Shown piece after piece: positions 30,014 through 39,981 of a stretch of 64,000 nt of DNA; position 1 is the stretch's first letter; every line of letters starts with the position of its first letter. The translations under genes were made by a program, and so were the position numbers. A model generated the notes under the pieces. That model was not told the DNA's origin, made no database searches, and saw only the letters and a list, made by a program, of their open reading frames with translations. The stretch spans positions 21,703 through 85,702 of the forward strand of contig OY843583.1 in assembly GCA_963692905.1 (NCBI GenBank), written 5' to 3'. Origin of the DNA: Spirochaetia bacterium (GTDB taxonomy: Bacteria; Spirochaetota; Spirochaetia; G963692905).

Positions 30014-31529
30014 ATCCTATTCCATAGTCGGGAAGAGAGCCATTAATCTGCTGCATATTCTGAAGCGGGCGCGGCAGTGTTGGCTCTCTGCACGCCTCTC
30101 CATGAGTACTCACCCTCCAACTAGCCACCCGTGAATCGGCAATTACATCGCCGACGCTCCAGGCTTGCGCCAACTGTCGAAGGGCGAACAACGCAATCTG
30201 TCCCATTCTATCTTCAAGTATACACCGATAATTAATTATTAGACAACCCGCTTTATTACTCTGTGACGATTGATGTGATAAGCCAACAATCTCTATGTGA
30301 ATGAGTAGGGGATCATTAACCAGCGCGCAGTGGAACCACAGCAATACTGAGCTTAAGCTTCGGTTGCCACCCGCTGGTGGGACGATACGCATAGAGCTCT
30401 CTAGCTGCGGAGTGGCAATGCGAATAAGCGCCGGGCGTGGCGCCTCCTCGACAGAGGAGAGCCGCGCCATATAATGGAGAGGCGCTGGTAGGCGCTCCTC
30501 AATTCTCCAATAGAGCCAGGGTCCCTCTAGGGAGAGGCGAATACCATAGCCGATGCCAATCATTCTAAAATTCTCGGAAGCTCCATACTCAGCTAGGGAG
30601 GCCAGAGCTGCATCAAAAAATCTCCGAGGTATCCGCCGCCGCGGACTGCTCCTATTTAGGAGCTGGTAGAATGAGTAGAATTGCAACAGACGCGGAGCGC
30701 TACAGAAATGCGTCCACTTAATGCGATAGGCCAATGCGGTAAGCGGTTCCCACAAGAGCTGATAGGTGGATTGCTCTTTAATATATGCCAGCATCTCCCC
30801 TAGCTGCTGACTCAGCTGCTGAAGTGAATCACGATAGCCGGGGAAGAGAAATTGGATGGCGGGGATCAGACGACGACGGATGGCATTCCGGAGATGGCGT
30901 GGCGAGCGGTTAGTGGAATCGAGGCTAGCTCGTATATGATGCTGATGGGCATAGTTAATGAGCTCCTTTTTGGAGAATGCATGAAGGGGGCGTAGGTAGC
31001 GAAGCTGGCTACCATGCCATTGCTCCTCCCTCAAGGGAGGAATACCCTGCAGACCGGCGACACCTTCTCCCTGCAGAAGGCGCATAAGTATTGTCTCGGC
31101 TTGATCATCAAGATGATGCGCTAGCAGGAGGGCATCTAAGGCGTAGTGGCGCATAATCCGCCGAAACTGTGCATAACGTAGCTCGCGGGCGGCCATCTCA
31201 ATACTTATTCTTTTTCTCTTTGAGTATCGCATAATAAATCCCCGAGGCACGCTACACACTATCAGTGGGCAGTCAAAGGAAGAGAGGCATCGCTTAATGC
31301 ATTGTAGATCCTGCCGATAGCTACGCGCAGAACGCAGCTGATGATTAACATGGAGGGCTAGCAGTTTGGCAAAGGGATGGGCACTCTGAAGGGTACAGAG
31401 CGCATGCAACAATACCAAACTATCTACGCCGCCCGATACCGCAACGGCAACTCTAGCAGAGCTACCCAGCCCGGCCTCTGTCAGCTGCGCCGCCACCCTG
31501 CGGGGCAACCTTTCAATGGGGGGAGACAT
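29985..31529 (-). CDS. tilS: tRNA(Ile)-lysidine synthetase.
   Basis: PP-loop SGGVDSLVLLH. It lies upstream of ftsH, as in the conserved tilS-(hpt)-ftsH arrangement. Confidence 0.75.
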   Translation of the reverse strand: MSPPIERLPRRVAAQLTEAGLGSSARVAVAVSGGVDSLVLLHALCTLQSAHPFAKLLALHVNHQLRSARSYRQDLQCIKRCLSSFDCPLIVCSVPRGFIMRYSKRKRISIEMAARELRYAQFRRIMRHYALDALLLAHHLDDQAETILMRLLQGEGVAGLQGIPPLREEQWHGSQLRYLRPLHAFSKKELINYAHQHHIRASLDSTNRSPRHLRNAIRRRLIPAIQFLFPGYRDSLQQLSQQLGEMLAYIKEQSTYQLLWEPLTALAYRIKWTHFCSAPRLLQFYSFYQLLNRSSPRRRIPRRFFDAALASLAEYGASENFRMIGIGYGIRLSLEGPWLYWRIEERLPAPLHYMARLSSVEEAPRPALIRIATPQLESSMRIVPPAGGNRSLSSVLLWFHCALVNDPLLIHIEIVGLSHQSSQSNKAGCLIINYRCILEDRMGQIALFALRQLAQAWSVGDVIADSRVASWRVSTHGEACREPTLPRPLQNMQQINGSLPDYGIGCGEKYEPAD

Positions 31530-32067
31530 GAATATACTCAGCTAGACTCTCTATAGCATGCGGATGGCTACAGATAGCTGCCGCGGCATGGTGGGTCACT
31601 TGGTCATAGATGGCCCGCTCCGGCTTGGGGGGTCGAGAAAGCACATAGTGCGGCACCTCGCTATGGGAGGGGGGGCGGCCTATTCCGATATAGAGCCGGG
31701 GGAAATTATTGCCAATACGCGAGATAAGCGATTTCAGTCCACCATGACCGGCGCTGCCTCCTTGAGTTTTAAGGCGTAATTTTCCAACTGGAAGATCCAG
31801 GGTATCGCATATTACCAATAGCCTATGGCTACTCCACAACGCCGCGTAACGTTGACTGAGGGGCGCTATGATCGCCTGTGAATTATTAATGTAGCTCTGT
31901 GGCTTAATCAGCGCCAACGCACCTGCTCCTATATGGCACTCAGCATAGCGGAAGAGACCTGAAGACTCCAATCGAAAACGCATCCTCTGTCGTTGGGCTA
32001 TTTTATCAACTACCGCAAAGCCCACATTGTGCCGCGTGCCATGATAAACTCTCCCGGGATTGCCCAA
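31513..32067 (-). CDS. pth: Peptidyl-tRNA hydrolase.
   Basis: N-terminus GNPGRVYHGTRHNVGF. Family length 184 aa. Confidence 0.85.
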   Translation of the reverse strand: MGNPGRVYHGTRHNVGFAVVDKIAQRQRMRFRLESSGLFRYAECHIGAGALALIKPQSYINNSQAIIAPLSQRYAALWSSHRLLVICDTLDLPVGKLRLKTQGGSAGHGGLKSLISRIGNNFPRLYIGIGRPPSHSEVPHYVLSRPPKPERAIYDQVTHHAAAAICSHPHAIESLAEYIHVSPH

Positions 32068-32104
32068 CCCTATTACAATGGAGAGCGGCGACCTAGTTAG
32101 AAGG

Positions 32105-32752
32105 TTATTCTTCGTTGAGGTGCTCTTCCCCTTCCTCTTCCTCGGCCTTAGCTTCAGCTTCAGCTTTGTCGGTTGGGAGCTCTATCTTAGGCATGGCTAC
32201 ATGGCTAACAACCTGATCTTCGCTATTGAGAGTTCGTACTCCCTCGGGAAGACTGATATCACCCACATGAATGCTATGGTTAATCTCCAAATGTGAAATA
32301 TCTACAGCTATCTCTTTAGGTAAGTTACGCGGCAGACATACTATCTCTAATTGGTGCAACGGCTGTTCAAAAATTCCGCCTTTTCGTACCCCTGACGAGG
32401 AGCCAGTAATGGTAATAGGAACATGGGTTTTGAACTCTTTGCCCCTCTCAAACTCCAAGAAATCGATATGCAGTATCTGGCCATTTCGCGGATCAAAGTC
32501 ATAGTCTTTGACTAATACATCACGGCTTTTGGAATCTATATGCAGAGCAATGATAACATTTTCCGGGACTGGATAATAGCGATGCATGAAGCTATGCTCA
32601 TCTATGCTAATGGCTACTGGTTTGGTATGACCATAGACAATGGCCGGTATTTTGCCGGCGGCCCGTAACCTTTGAACGGCGCGCTTATGGGTGGGGATTC
32701 GTTTCTCAGCGTGGAGGATATTGCGAGCGCCTTCATCTGTGGATGCTACCAT
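32105..32752 (-). CDS. rplY: 50S ribosomal protein L25 / general stress protein Ctc, with an acidic C-terminal tail.
   Basis: IPAIVYGH motif and an L25/Ctc beta-barrel domain. It lies upstream of pth, as in the conserved ctc-pth arrangement. Confidence 0.8.
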   Translation of the reverse strand: MVASTDEGARNILHAEKRIPTHKRAVQRLRAAGKIPAIVYGHTKPVAISIDEHSFMHRYYPVPENVIIALHIDSKSRDVLVKDYDFDPRNGQILHIDFLEFERGKEFKTHVPITITGSSSGVRKGGIFEQPLHQLEIVCLPRNLPKEIAVDISHLEINHSIHVGDISLPEGVRTLNSEDQVVSHVAMPKIELPTDKAEAEAKAEEEEGEEHLNEE

Positions 32753-32819
32753 CTATATCCCCTTAAGTATGACCCCATCTTGACTGTTCTCTCAAAACTC
32801 TCTCAAAACCTTTTCAAAG

Positions 32820-32891
32820 CTGGGACGGTAGGATTCGAACCTACGATCCCGGGACCAAAACCCGGTGGCTTAACCCCTTGCCCACGTCCCA
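32820..32891 (-). tRNA. tRNA-Gln (anticodon TTG) with a U1:A72 pair.
   Basis: Manual fold of the reverse complement gives acceptor TGGGACG/CGTCCCA, anticodon stem CCGGG/CCCGG with loop TTTTGGT, and T arm GTAGG-TTCGAAT-CCTAC. U1:A72 is the typical bacterial tRNA-Gln identity pair. Confidence 0.75.
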
Positions 32892-33249
32892 TTCTATACT
32901 ATTGTAGCATCTATGGCAAGTTACTGTCCATACTCCCTAAGGAAAATAAAGAGAGAGTTGACCGCTCTCCAACAAGAAATACAGCGGAGAGCTGCGTTTC
33001 TGCCTACAATAAAAAGGGCCATGAAAACATGATAACTATTGAATATAGAATGACCAATTAGATATGGAATGGGTAATCAAAAAAGGCCGAGGGCCGGCGA
33101 TTAAACACAAGTCCTCAACCCATTATTATTTAGAAGGAAGGTTTCTTATGAAGCTTAATTATTTTAGTTGTTTGTAGGATACAACAGTCTTGCCATTAAT
33201 CTTTCTTAGCAAGTATAGGATACAGGCCTTTTTTGCCTCTCCTTAAAGT

Positions 33250-33290
33250 GCCATTTAATTATTAGATGTATATGAGGGTGTACAATGGTT
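33250..33290. repeat. Copy of dispersed repeat modules A+B (gccatttaattattagatgtatatgagggtgtaca).
   Basis: About 90% identical to 10549-10585. Confidence 0.8.
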
Positions 33291-33394
33291 GAAGAGTGAT
33301 AATAGCTTAACCATTAGGAAATTAAAAGAGAGGGCTGACCTCCTCTCTCTCCTCACTCCCGAAACTGTGCCACGGAGAAATGAGACTCGCTACA

Positions 33395-33424
33395 CAAAAA
33401 ATAGGGAGGGGTTAAACCCTCCCT
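33395..33424 (-). terminator. Intrinsic terminator for the paralog-1 lipoprotein gene (stem AGGGAGGG/CCCTCCCT, loop of 6 nt, then AUUUUUU on the minus strand).
   Basis: Hairpin and T-run read directly from the sequence. It lies 52 nt downstream of the gene end. Confidence 0.55.
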
Positions 33425-33475
33425 ATCCTATCTTTAGACGCGCTTCTCTACCTCTGGCCCTTTTGCGGCTATCTA

Positions 33476-34471
33476 TTATTGATAGCGGAGTGCATAGAGG
33501 GCATCATTTGTAAATCCCACCATATAGAGGGTGCTGCCAATGGCCGCTAGACCGGCTGGTTGGACTTCGCTCACGCCAAAGTTGGTTGCACTGCCCACTT
33601 GGGTTGCGCTACCGGTAATAGTGTCTAGGGTAACCAGGACATCACTGGACGCCGCCGCCATATAGAGGGTGCCACCAATGGCGGCCAGGCCGGCAGGATT
33701 GTCTTCGCCCTCGCCAAATTCGGTTGCACTGCCTACCCGGGATGCCATACCATCGGGGGTCATATCAGCGGAGTCAATGTTGATGGTATAGAGGGCAGTT
33801 TGAGCCCGTCCTATCATATAGAGGGTGCCATCAATGGCGGCCAGGCCGGTTGGTTGGCCTTCGCCCACGCCAAATTGGCTTACACTGGCATCACTCACCA
33901 GGGTGGCTCTACCGGTAGTAGTATTTAGGGTATAGAGGACCGCTTGGCCCCATCCCGTCATATAGAGGGTGTCACCAATAGCTTCCAGAGCATATGGTGA
34001 GATTTCGCTCACGCCAAAGCCGGCGGGCGTATTTCCCACCTGGGTTGCTGTACCGTTATCGGCGGAGCCATCCTCGTCACTAATATCTAGGGTATACAGG
34101 ACATCATTTGTAAATCCCACCATATAGAGGGTTTCGCCGATGGCGGCTAGGCCGCTTGGAGCGTCTTCGCCCTCGCCAAATTGGTTGGCCCTGCCTATGC
34201 GGGTGGCCTCTCCTACCGCTACTTGCCCACAGCTTCTGCCAACTACATCAGTGGTGCCATCCAGTCTATAGAGCAGATTGCAGCTAGCACAGCGGGTTAG
34301 ACCATCGGCAGTGGCATCTCTGAGCGATGAGGCGCTGCCGTTGGCACAGGCATATCTATATTGGGATCCACCACCAGGACCTCCCCCTCCATTATTCGCA
34401 GCCGGACAGGCTACCAATACTACCAGGGCCACCAATACCATTAAGGCGATCCCCAGGGTGCCCCCAAGCAT
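33476..34471 (-). CDS. Repeat-containing lipoprotein, paralog 1. It has an N-terminal Cys-containing segment and six copies of a roughly 48-aa repeat (consensus ...FG.GE..P.GLAAIG.TLYM.G....LYT.N...G), which looks like a beta-propeller.
   Basis: Signal peptide with lipobox LVAC and a Gly-rich linker. The internal repeats are visible by eye. There is an RBS (AAGGGGAGG) upstream of the ATG. Confidence 0.6.
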   Translation of the reverse strand: MLGGTLGIALMVLVALVVLVACPAANNGGGGPGGGSQYRYACANGSASSLRDATADGLTRCASCNLLYRLDGTTDVVGRSCGQVAVGEATRIGRANQFGEGEDAPSGLAAIGETLYMVGFTNDVLYTLDISDEDGSADNGTATQVGNTPAGFGVSEISPYALEAIGDTLYMTGWGQAVLYTLNTTTGRATLVSDASVSQFGVGEGQPTGLAAIDGTLYMIGRAQTALYTINIDSADMTPDGMASRVGSATEFGEGEDNPAGLAAIGGTLYMAAASSDVLVTLDTITGSATQVGSATNFGVSEVQPAGLAAIGSTLYMVGFTNDALYALRYQ

Positions 34472-34534
34472 CCTCCCCTTAAGCGGGGAATGCGAGGAGC
34501 TGTGGTTCTCTCTCTGGCAAGTATTAAGAGAGCT

Positions 34535-34607
<73 letters not shown>

Positions 34608-34977
34608 GCGTTTTACGAGTGCTCAGTCGCTCCTTCACTCTCTCATTCTCTCCTAAAAGGAAAGAAATTGGATTATGTAATATCATTACTATAATCCTCC
34701 TTATTTATATTTATTTGGTAGGCACAAAATGAACTATAACTAGGGGAGAGGAGCATAGCTTCCCTCCGCATAGCACACTATAGCCAACTGGTGCATTACC
34801 ATAGGTATATGTATACCCTATTGGATATGTAATGGCAAGGTTTTTTTAAGAAATTTAGGAAAATAAAGAGCCATCCTGACCCCTTTCTCCAGCAAGAAAT
34901 GTAACGGAGAGCTGCGTTTCTGCCTACAATAAAAGGAAATTAAAGAGAGAACTGGCCGCTACTTCGGCAATTTCTGC

Positions 34978-35007
34978 ACAAAAAAAGGGAAGAGTTAAAC
35001 CCTTCCC
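34978..35007 (-). terminator. Intrinsic terminator for the RCC1-repeat lipoprotein gene (stem AGGGAAG/CTTCCCT followed by a T-run on the minus strand).
   Basis: Hairpin and T-run read directly from the sequence. It is homologous to the terminator at 33395-33424. Confidence 0.5.
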
Positions 35008-35123
35008 TATCCTATTGGAATCGCGCTTCTCTGTCTCTGTCCTGTACACCCTCACTCCCTAGAAGCATTGTTACACTCTCTAATCCAACTCAATGGGTTT
35101 TCTCATCTCGGCTAACGGGAAGC

Positions 35124-35816
35124 CTACAGATCAACAAAGGGGAGATTATCGCCCATCTCACCGGGCCCATCGCCTCGAGCATCGCCATCTTCCAGACCTA
35201 GCTGGCCAACAGTGTTTCTTCCCCAACACTTAACGCGGTCATTATCCAACAGGGCACAGCTGTGATTGACACCTGCATCTATCTGGGTGGCAGTTCGGCC
35301 GCTCCCTAGATCAATAGCTGGGAAACTATCGCCCATCTCACCGGGCCCATCGCCTCGAGCATCGGTATCGCCCAGACCTAGCTGGCCAACAGAGTTATAT
35401 CCCCAACACTTGACGCTTCCATTGTCCAACAGGGCACAGCTGTGACCTATTTCAGTATTAACTCCACTAATTGTTACTAAATTTCCATTGGCTACTATCT
35501 GAGTAGCGGTTCGGCCAGTGCCTAGACCAATAGCCGGGATAGTAGCCACCCCATCAGTGGTGCTTTCGCCTAGGGTGCGGGCATGACCCTGACCTAGCTG
35601 GCCAACAGTGTTTCTTCCCCAACACTTAACGCGGTCATTATCCAACAGGGCACAGATATGCCCGCGAGCCGCTGCCACCTGTGTGACAGAGGCCAATCCC
35701 GGACCAGGGCCAGGCGCAGGCGCAGCCGGACAGGCTACCAATACTGCTACTAAAAGTAGCACCAGGGCTCCTAAAATAGCCCCTAAAGCGCCATTAAGAA
35801 TCTTATTTCTAATCAT
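35124..35816 (-). CDS. RCC1-repeat lipoprotein, paralog 2.
   Basis: Signal peptide with lipobox LVAC and a Pro/Gly linker. At least four RCC1-type repeats are present (HxCALLDNxxVKCWGxNxVGQLG[LQ]GD). Its 5' end and flanks are homologous to paralog 1. Confidence 0.65.
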   Translation of the reverse strand: MIRNKILNGALGAILGALVLLLVAVLVACPAAPAPGPGPGLASVTQVAAARGHICALLDNDRVKCWGRNTVGQLGQGHARTLGESTTDGVATIPAIGLGTGRTATQIVANGNLVTISGVNTEIGHSCALLDNGSVKCWGYNSVGQLGLGDTDARGDGPGEMGDSFPAIDLGSGRTATQIDAGVNHSCALLDNDRVKCWGRNTVGQLGLEDGDARGDGPGEMGDNLPFVDL

Positions 35817-35988
35817 AACAAATTTCCCCTTTTCTCTCTCTGGGTGCTTGGGGAGCGCTCAGTTACTCTGTACGCTCTCTCTTCCCTAAAAGGAAAGAGG
35901 GAGCGTATTTAATATTGTTACACATTTTTTTAAGGCAGGGCTTAGCCCTGCCCTTTTGTGGCTTAGCATTGGATAGCTATCGCCTTAT

Positions 35989-37389
35989 TCACGGTGCAGT
36001 GCGAATAACATAGAGTGCTCTATTGTCATTTCCAAGCATATAGAGAATAGTGCCAATCCCTGTCAATCCTTGTGGATCCTCCTCATTCACCATGCCAAAG
36101 CCGGCGCCTAATGAACCCACTTGGGCTGCTGTGCCGGTAGTAGTATCAAGAGTATAGAGACGGGCCAAACCGCCTCCTCTCGACAGATAGAGGGTGTTGC
36201 CCACCGCGCCAAGTCCGTATGAATTCAAAAAACCTCGGCCAAATCCTCTTGGGCCCACCCGGTATGCCATACCATCGGAGCTCCCATCAGTGGGATCAAC
36301 ATTGATAGTAAAGAGGGCATGTAGGCTCTCTCCCACCATATAGAGAGTGTTTGTGCTGTCAATACCGGCCAGTCCATCAACCAATCTTTCACCCACTCCA
36401 AAGCCGGCGTCCACACTGCCCACTCGCGTTGCAATACCATTAGTAGTGTTGAGGGTGTAGAGGAATGAAAAGTTTCCGCTTCCCGTTATATAGAGGGTGG
36501 TACCAAGCGCACCAAGTGCCCTGGGTTTCAATGTATTAGTAAGTCCTGTGCCTTGGCCAAAATTGATTGCGTTGCCCACCCGGTATGCCATACCATCGGG
36601 GCTCCCATCAGTGGGATCAATGTTTATGGTGTAGAGTGCACCTGTGTCAACTGAGCTTTGAGCTATCATATAGAGGGTGTCACCAATGGAGGTCAGGCCT
36701 CTTGACATTACAAGCCCCAAACCAAAACCTGCAGCAAGGTCACCCACTTGTCGTGCTTCTCCTAGTGGTACGGCGTTACAGGTAGTGCCCACGATCGGCG
36801 AGGTAGCACTCAGCTCATAGGTAAGATCGCACGCAGTACAGAACGTTTGACCCGCCATAGTAGGGGTCGCTGTGGATGGTGTGCCATTATCACAGCTGTA
36901 GTTCAAACGGTTACAGATCATACCAGCACCTCCGGCTGTCAATGTATAGCCAGTATTGCATGACATACAGTTTTGCCGCGCACTCCTGTCGAACATCATG
37001 ATTGTGCCGCTCACTGGCAATCCATTATCGCAGAGAAAAGGAAAATCAGTTGCACAGACGCTACCTGTCAACAGTGATCCCGTATCACAACTTGCGCATC
37101 TTTCAACATAATTATTGCCAGGAGGCATCCCGGTTTGGGGGACTCCGCCATCACAAGTATACTCAGTGCGGATATCACACCGATTATTGATTAATATGTA
37201 GGTAGAGTCACACGCTATACAATTCTCCCTATCCCTACTAGTGGTCGCGCCAGTAGCCTCCATTCCATTATTGCAGGTAAACGGGCGGGATGTAATGCCG
37301 CCACCAGGGACTGGGGATGGGGATGGGGATGGTTGACATCCTGCTATTACTAATCCTAATAGGATAGCCATTGTGACTATCTTCATCAT
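35989..37389 (-). CDS. Lipoprotein, paralog 3. It has four Cys-rich roughly 40-aa modules (CDNG.P....C..C..GY.L....C) followed by about seven copies of the same roughly 48-aa GLxxIGxTLYM...LYTxN repeat found in paralog 1.
   Basis: Lipobox VIAGC and a PSPSPSPVPGGG linker. The repeat is shared with paralog 1. A hairpin (GGCAGGGC/GCCCTGCC) lies 30-55 nt downstream of the gene. Confidence 0.6.
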   Translation of the reverse strand: MMKIVTMAILLGLVIAGCQPSPSPSPVPGGGITSRPFTCNNGMEATGATTSRDRENCIACDSTYILINNRCDIRTEYTCDGGVPQTGMPPGNNYVERCASCDTGSLLTGSVCATDFPFLCDNGLPVSGTIMMFDRSARQNCMSCNTGYTLTAGGAGMICNRLNYSCDNGTPSTATPTMAGQTFCTACDLTYELSATSPIVGTTCNAVPLGEARQVGDLAAGFGLGLVMSRGLTSIGDTLYMIAQSSVDTGALYTINIDPTDGSPDGMAYRVGNAINFGQGTGLTNTLKPRALGALGTTLYITGSGNFSFLYTLNTTNGIATRVGSVDAGFGVGERLVDGLAGIDSTNTLYMVGESLHALFTINVDPTDGSSDGMAYRVGPRGFGRGFLNSYGLGAVGNTLYLSRGGGLARLYTLDTTTGTAAQVGSLGAGFGMVNEEDPQGLTGIGTILYMLGNDNRALYVIRTAP

Positions 37390-37621
37390 ATTAAATCCCT
37401 TATTATATAATTCTCTAGAATAACTCCGGGTAGCTGAACCGCGCTAGTCATGCTATACATCCGGTCATACCCAAATGGCTTTACAATTATCTTGCACGTA
37501 TATCAATACTTCCCTTATCCATAATATCTATCCTCATGCATATAATATTATATTCAATAATTAAGAAATAATATGAGTATTTTTTTTAGGGGCTGACCTA
37601 CTTAAGCATTGTATGCAATTC

Positions 37622-38050
37622 TTAAGTAAGTATGGAGCGAAAAAGCAGGCTATCTAGCGCACAGATAGAGAAGTTAATAGAACACTTTGTGGTAGGCACT
37701 CCCGCCTGAAGCGCGGCACCGTTTTTGCAAAGTAAGCCGGAAGAGCGCAATTGCCCGGTATCACCGATTGTGTCAAACATCTCGGTAGTATAAGCATTAA
37801 TAATACCTCTTCCAGTAGTAGTGATACTGAAGTAATCGATATCAGAGCCGGTTTCGATTTTTCCCTCTATAGTAGATCCTGATGTTATTAGGGTTGTATC
37901 TGATTGGACATTGCCATAGTCATCAGTAGGAGGGTATCCCCCACAGGTAGCGAGAAAGAGGGCTACTCCTAGCCCTAAAGCTATAAGACCTAATATTACA
38001 AGGCTTAAGGACATAACTAGACCGTTTATCATTTTATTATTAGTATTCAT
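37622..38050 (-). CDS. Small hypothetical lipoprotein.
   Basis: Strong RBS GGAGGA 5 nt upstream of ATG (MNTNNKM), a hydrophobic signal segment and lipobox LATC. A Thr/Gly-rich mature part follows. Confidence 0.4.
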   Translation of the reverse strand: MNTNNKMINGLVMSLSLVILGLIALGLGVALFLATCGGYPPTDDYGNVQSDTTLITSGSTIEGKIETGSDIDYFSITTTGRGIINAYTTEMFDTIGDTGQLRSSGLLCKNGAALQAGVPTTKCSINFSICALDSLLFRSILT

Positions 38051-38364
38051 TTGTCCTCCATTTTGTCTTCCGTTTATCCTCCCCTTTTTCTTTCGTCTAA
38101 TCTCAATCATAAACTACCTCTTTTAATAACACTATTAGCTATGCAAGAATATACTATATATATTCAAGTATTTCAAGCTTTTTTAAGAAAAAATTTAGCA
38201 ATTATTCATATAAGTAGGCTCAACATTTGTTGATATATATTTAATAGGTATTTAATGGTACAGCTCTCCTAAACTGGCACAATGAGAGAGCGTAATCTGA
38301 AAAAGACTGCTTCAATTACTGAATATGATTGCCTAATTTTATAGCTATATGCTACAATTCTAGC

Positions 38365-39981
38365 ATGTCAACCGAATGGTGGCGCAGTGCCCTTATCTAT
38401 CAAATATATCCCTGCAGTTTTTACAGCGCGGGCGGAGAAAACCTAGGTGATCTGGCAGGTATTAGCCAAAAGCTGGATTATCTAAAGGCGCTAGGAATAG
38501 ATATTATCTGGATATCTCCCTTCTTCCCTTCACCTTTGAAAGATGCCGGCTATGATGTAAGTAACTATTGCGATATTGATCCCCGTTTTGGTACCCTGGC
38601 CGACTTTGATCATCTGGTAAGGGAAGCTCATCAACGAAAACTCAAGATAATGATTGACCAGGTCTATAATCATACCTCAGATCTTCACCCGTGGTTTGCA
38701 GAATCTTGTAGCAATCGAGACAATCCTAAGGCCGATTGGTATGTATGGGCCAATCCTAAGGAGGATGGCAGTCCTCCCAACAACTGGCTTTCAGTTTTTG
38801 GCGGTCCAGCCTGGAATTGGCATACCAGCCGCCGTCAATATTATCTGCATCAGTTTCTAAAAGAGCAGCCCGACCTTAATTTTAATAACCTAGCAGTGCA
38901 GGATGCCATTCTAGAGGTGGCTACCTTTTGGATAAAGCGGGGAGTAGATGGCTTTCGGTTAGATACTGTTAATCGCTATGTACAGCACCCGGAGCTGCCC
39001 GATAACCCGCCGTTTACTGCCACAATGGATGCGGGAGCCGATTGGCCGCCTCTACAGCCCTTTCAGATGCAATATGAGCGCTATAATCAGGCACAACCAG
39101 CTAATCTTGATTTTCTACGCAGATTGCGGAAGCTGTGCGACAGGCCGGGAGTCATACTCTTGGGAGAGATCGGAGCAATGAATCAAGAGGAGTTGCTAGG
39201 TGTCTATACCCAAGGTGGCGATGCCCTGCATACTGGCTATACCTTTAATTTACTTCGCGAGGCAATTAGCCCTCAGTTAATAGCGCGGGAGTTGGCCCGC
39301 ATTGAGGCCTATCTGGGGGATGGATGGCCCTGCTGGACCTTCAGTAATCATGATGTAATACGAGCGGTAAGTCGTCATCGTGGGATAACCGAAGAGTATC
39401 AAGGGGCCTATGCCTGTCTACTCCTCACGCTGCTATTGACTATGCGCGGCACCCCCTGCCTCTACCAGGGCGAAGAGCTGGCGCTACCGGAGAGCCTACT
39501 AGAATATGAGGAGTTACAAGATCCAGTGGGATTGGCGCTTTGGCCGGAGGCGCGAGGCCGTGACGGCTGCCGCACTCCCCTACCATGGGACTCCACCCAA
39601 CCCAACTGCGGTTTCAGTAGTGGCACGCCGTGGCTTCCCATTAAGGAGCCACAACAGAGGCGGGCAATTAATCTGCAGGAGAGGGATCCTAATTCTACAC
39701 TGAACTTTTTTCGCGCTTTTATTAAATGGAGAGCTAACCAACCAGCCCTCTGCGGAATGGGGAGGCAAACCATAGAACGCGCCGATGATCAGATACTGAT
39801 TCTTACCCGCAATGCCAATCCCTCATTGCGGATTATCTATAATTTTTCGGCTGAGACCCATCTGCTTCCAGTAGGCTCTCCATCAGAGAAGGTATTAGAT
39901 AGCCCCCTCTGTACCGCTAGGAAAGAGCAGGAACATTGGCATCTGCCACCCTATACTAGTATCTTTATCGAATATCAATGA
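38365..39981 (+). CDS. GH13 alpha-glucosidase (oligo-1,6-glucosidase or sucrose-isomer hydrolase type).
   Basis: Motifs QIYPCSF, GIDIIWISPFFPSP, DAGYDVSNY, DQVYNHTS and GFRLDTVN. The start was trimmed to MSTEWW. Confidence 0.8.
   Translation: MSTEWWRSALIYQIYPCSFYSAGGENLGDLAGISQKLDYLKALGIDIIWISPFFPSPLKDAGYDVSNYCDIDPRFGTLADFDHLVREAHQRKLKIMIDQVYNHTSDLHPWFAESCSNRDNPKADWYVWANPKEDGSPPNNWLSVFGGPAWNWHTSRRQYYLHQFLKEQPDLNFNNLAVQDAILEVATFWIKRGVDGFRLDTVNRYVQHPELPDNPPFTATMDAGADWPPLQPFQMQYERYNQAQPANLDFLRRLRKLCDRPGVILLGEIGAMNQEELLGVYTQGGDALHTGYTFNLLREAISPQLIARELARIEAYLGDGWPCWTFSNHDVIRAVSRHRGITEEYQGAYACLLLTLLLTMRGTPCLYQGEELALPESLLEYEELQDPVGLALWPEARGRDGCRTPLPWDSTQPNCGFSSGTPWLPIKEPQQRRAINLQERDPNSTLNFFRAFIKWRANQPALCGMGRQTIERADDQILILTRNANPSLRIIYNFSAETHLLPVGSPSEKVLDSPLCTARKEQEHWHLPPYTSIFIEYQ

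Noticed and set aside
35935-35960. GC-rich hairpin (GGCAGGGC/GCCCTGCC) downstream of lipoprotein paralog 3 as a rho-independent terminator.
   Set aside because: The hairpin is clear but the minus (sense) strand lacks a U-run after it, and the T-run is on the opposite strand. It is mentioned in the feature evidence but not called as a terminator.
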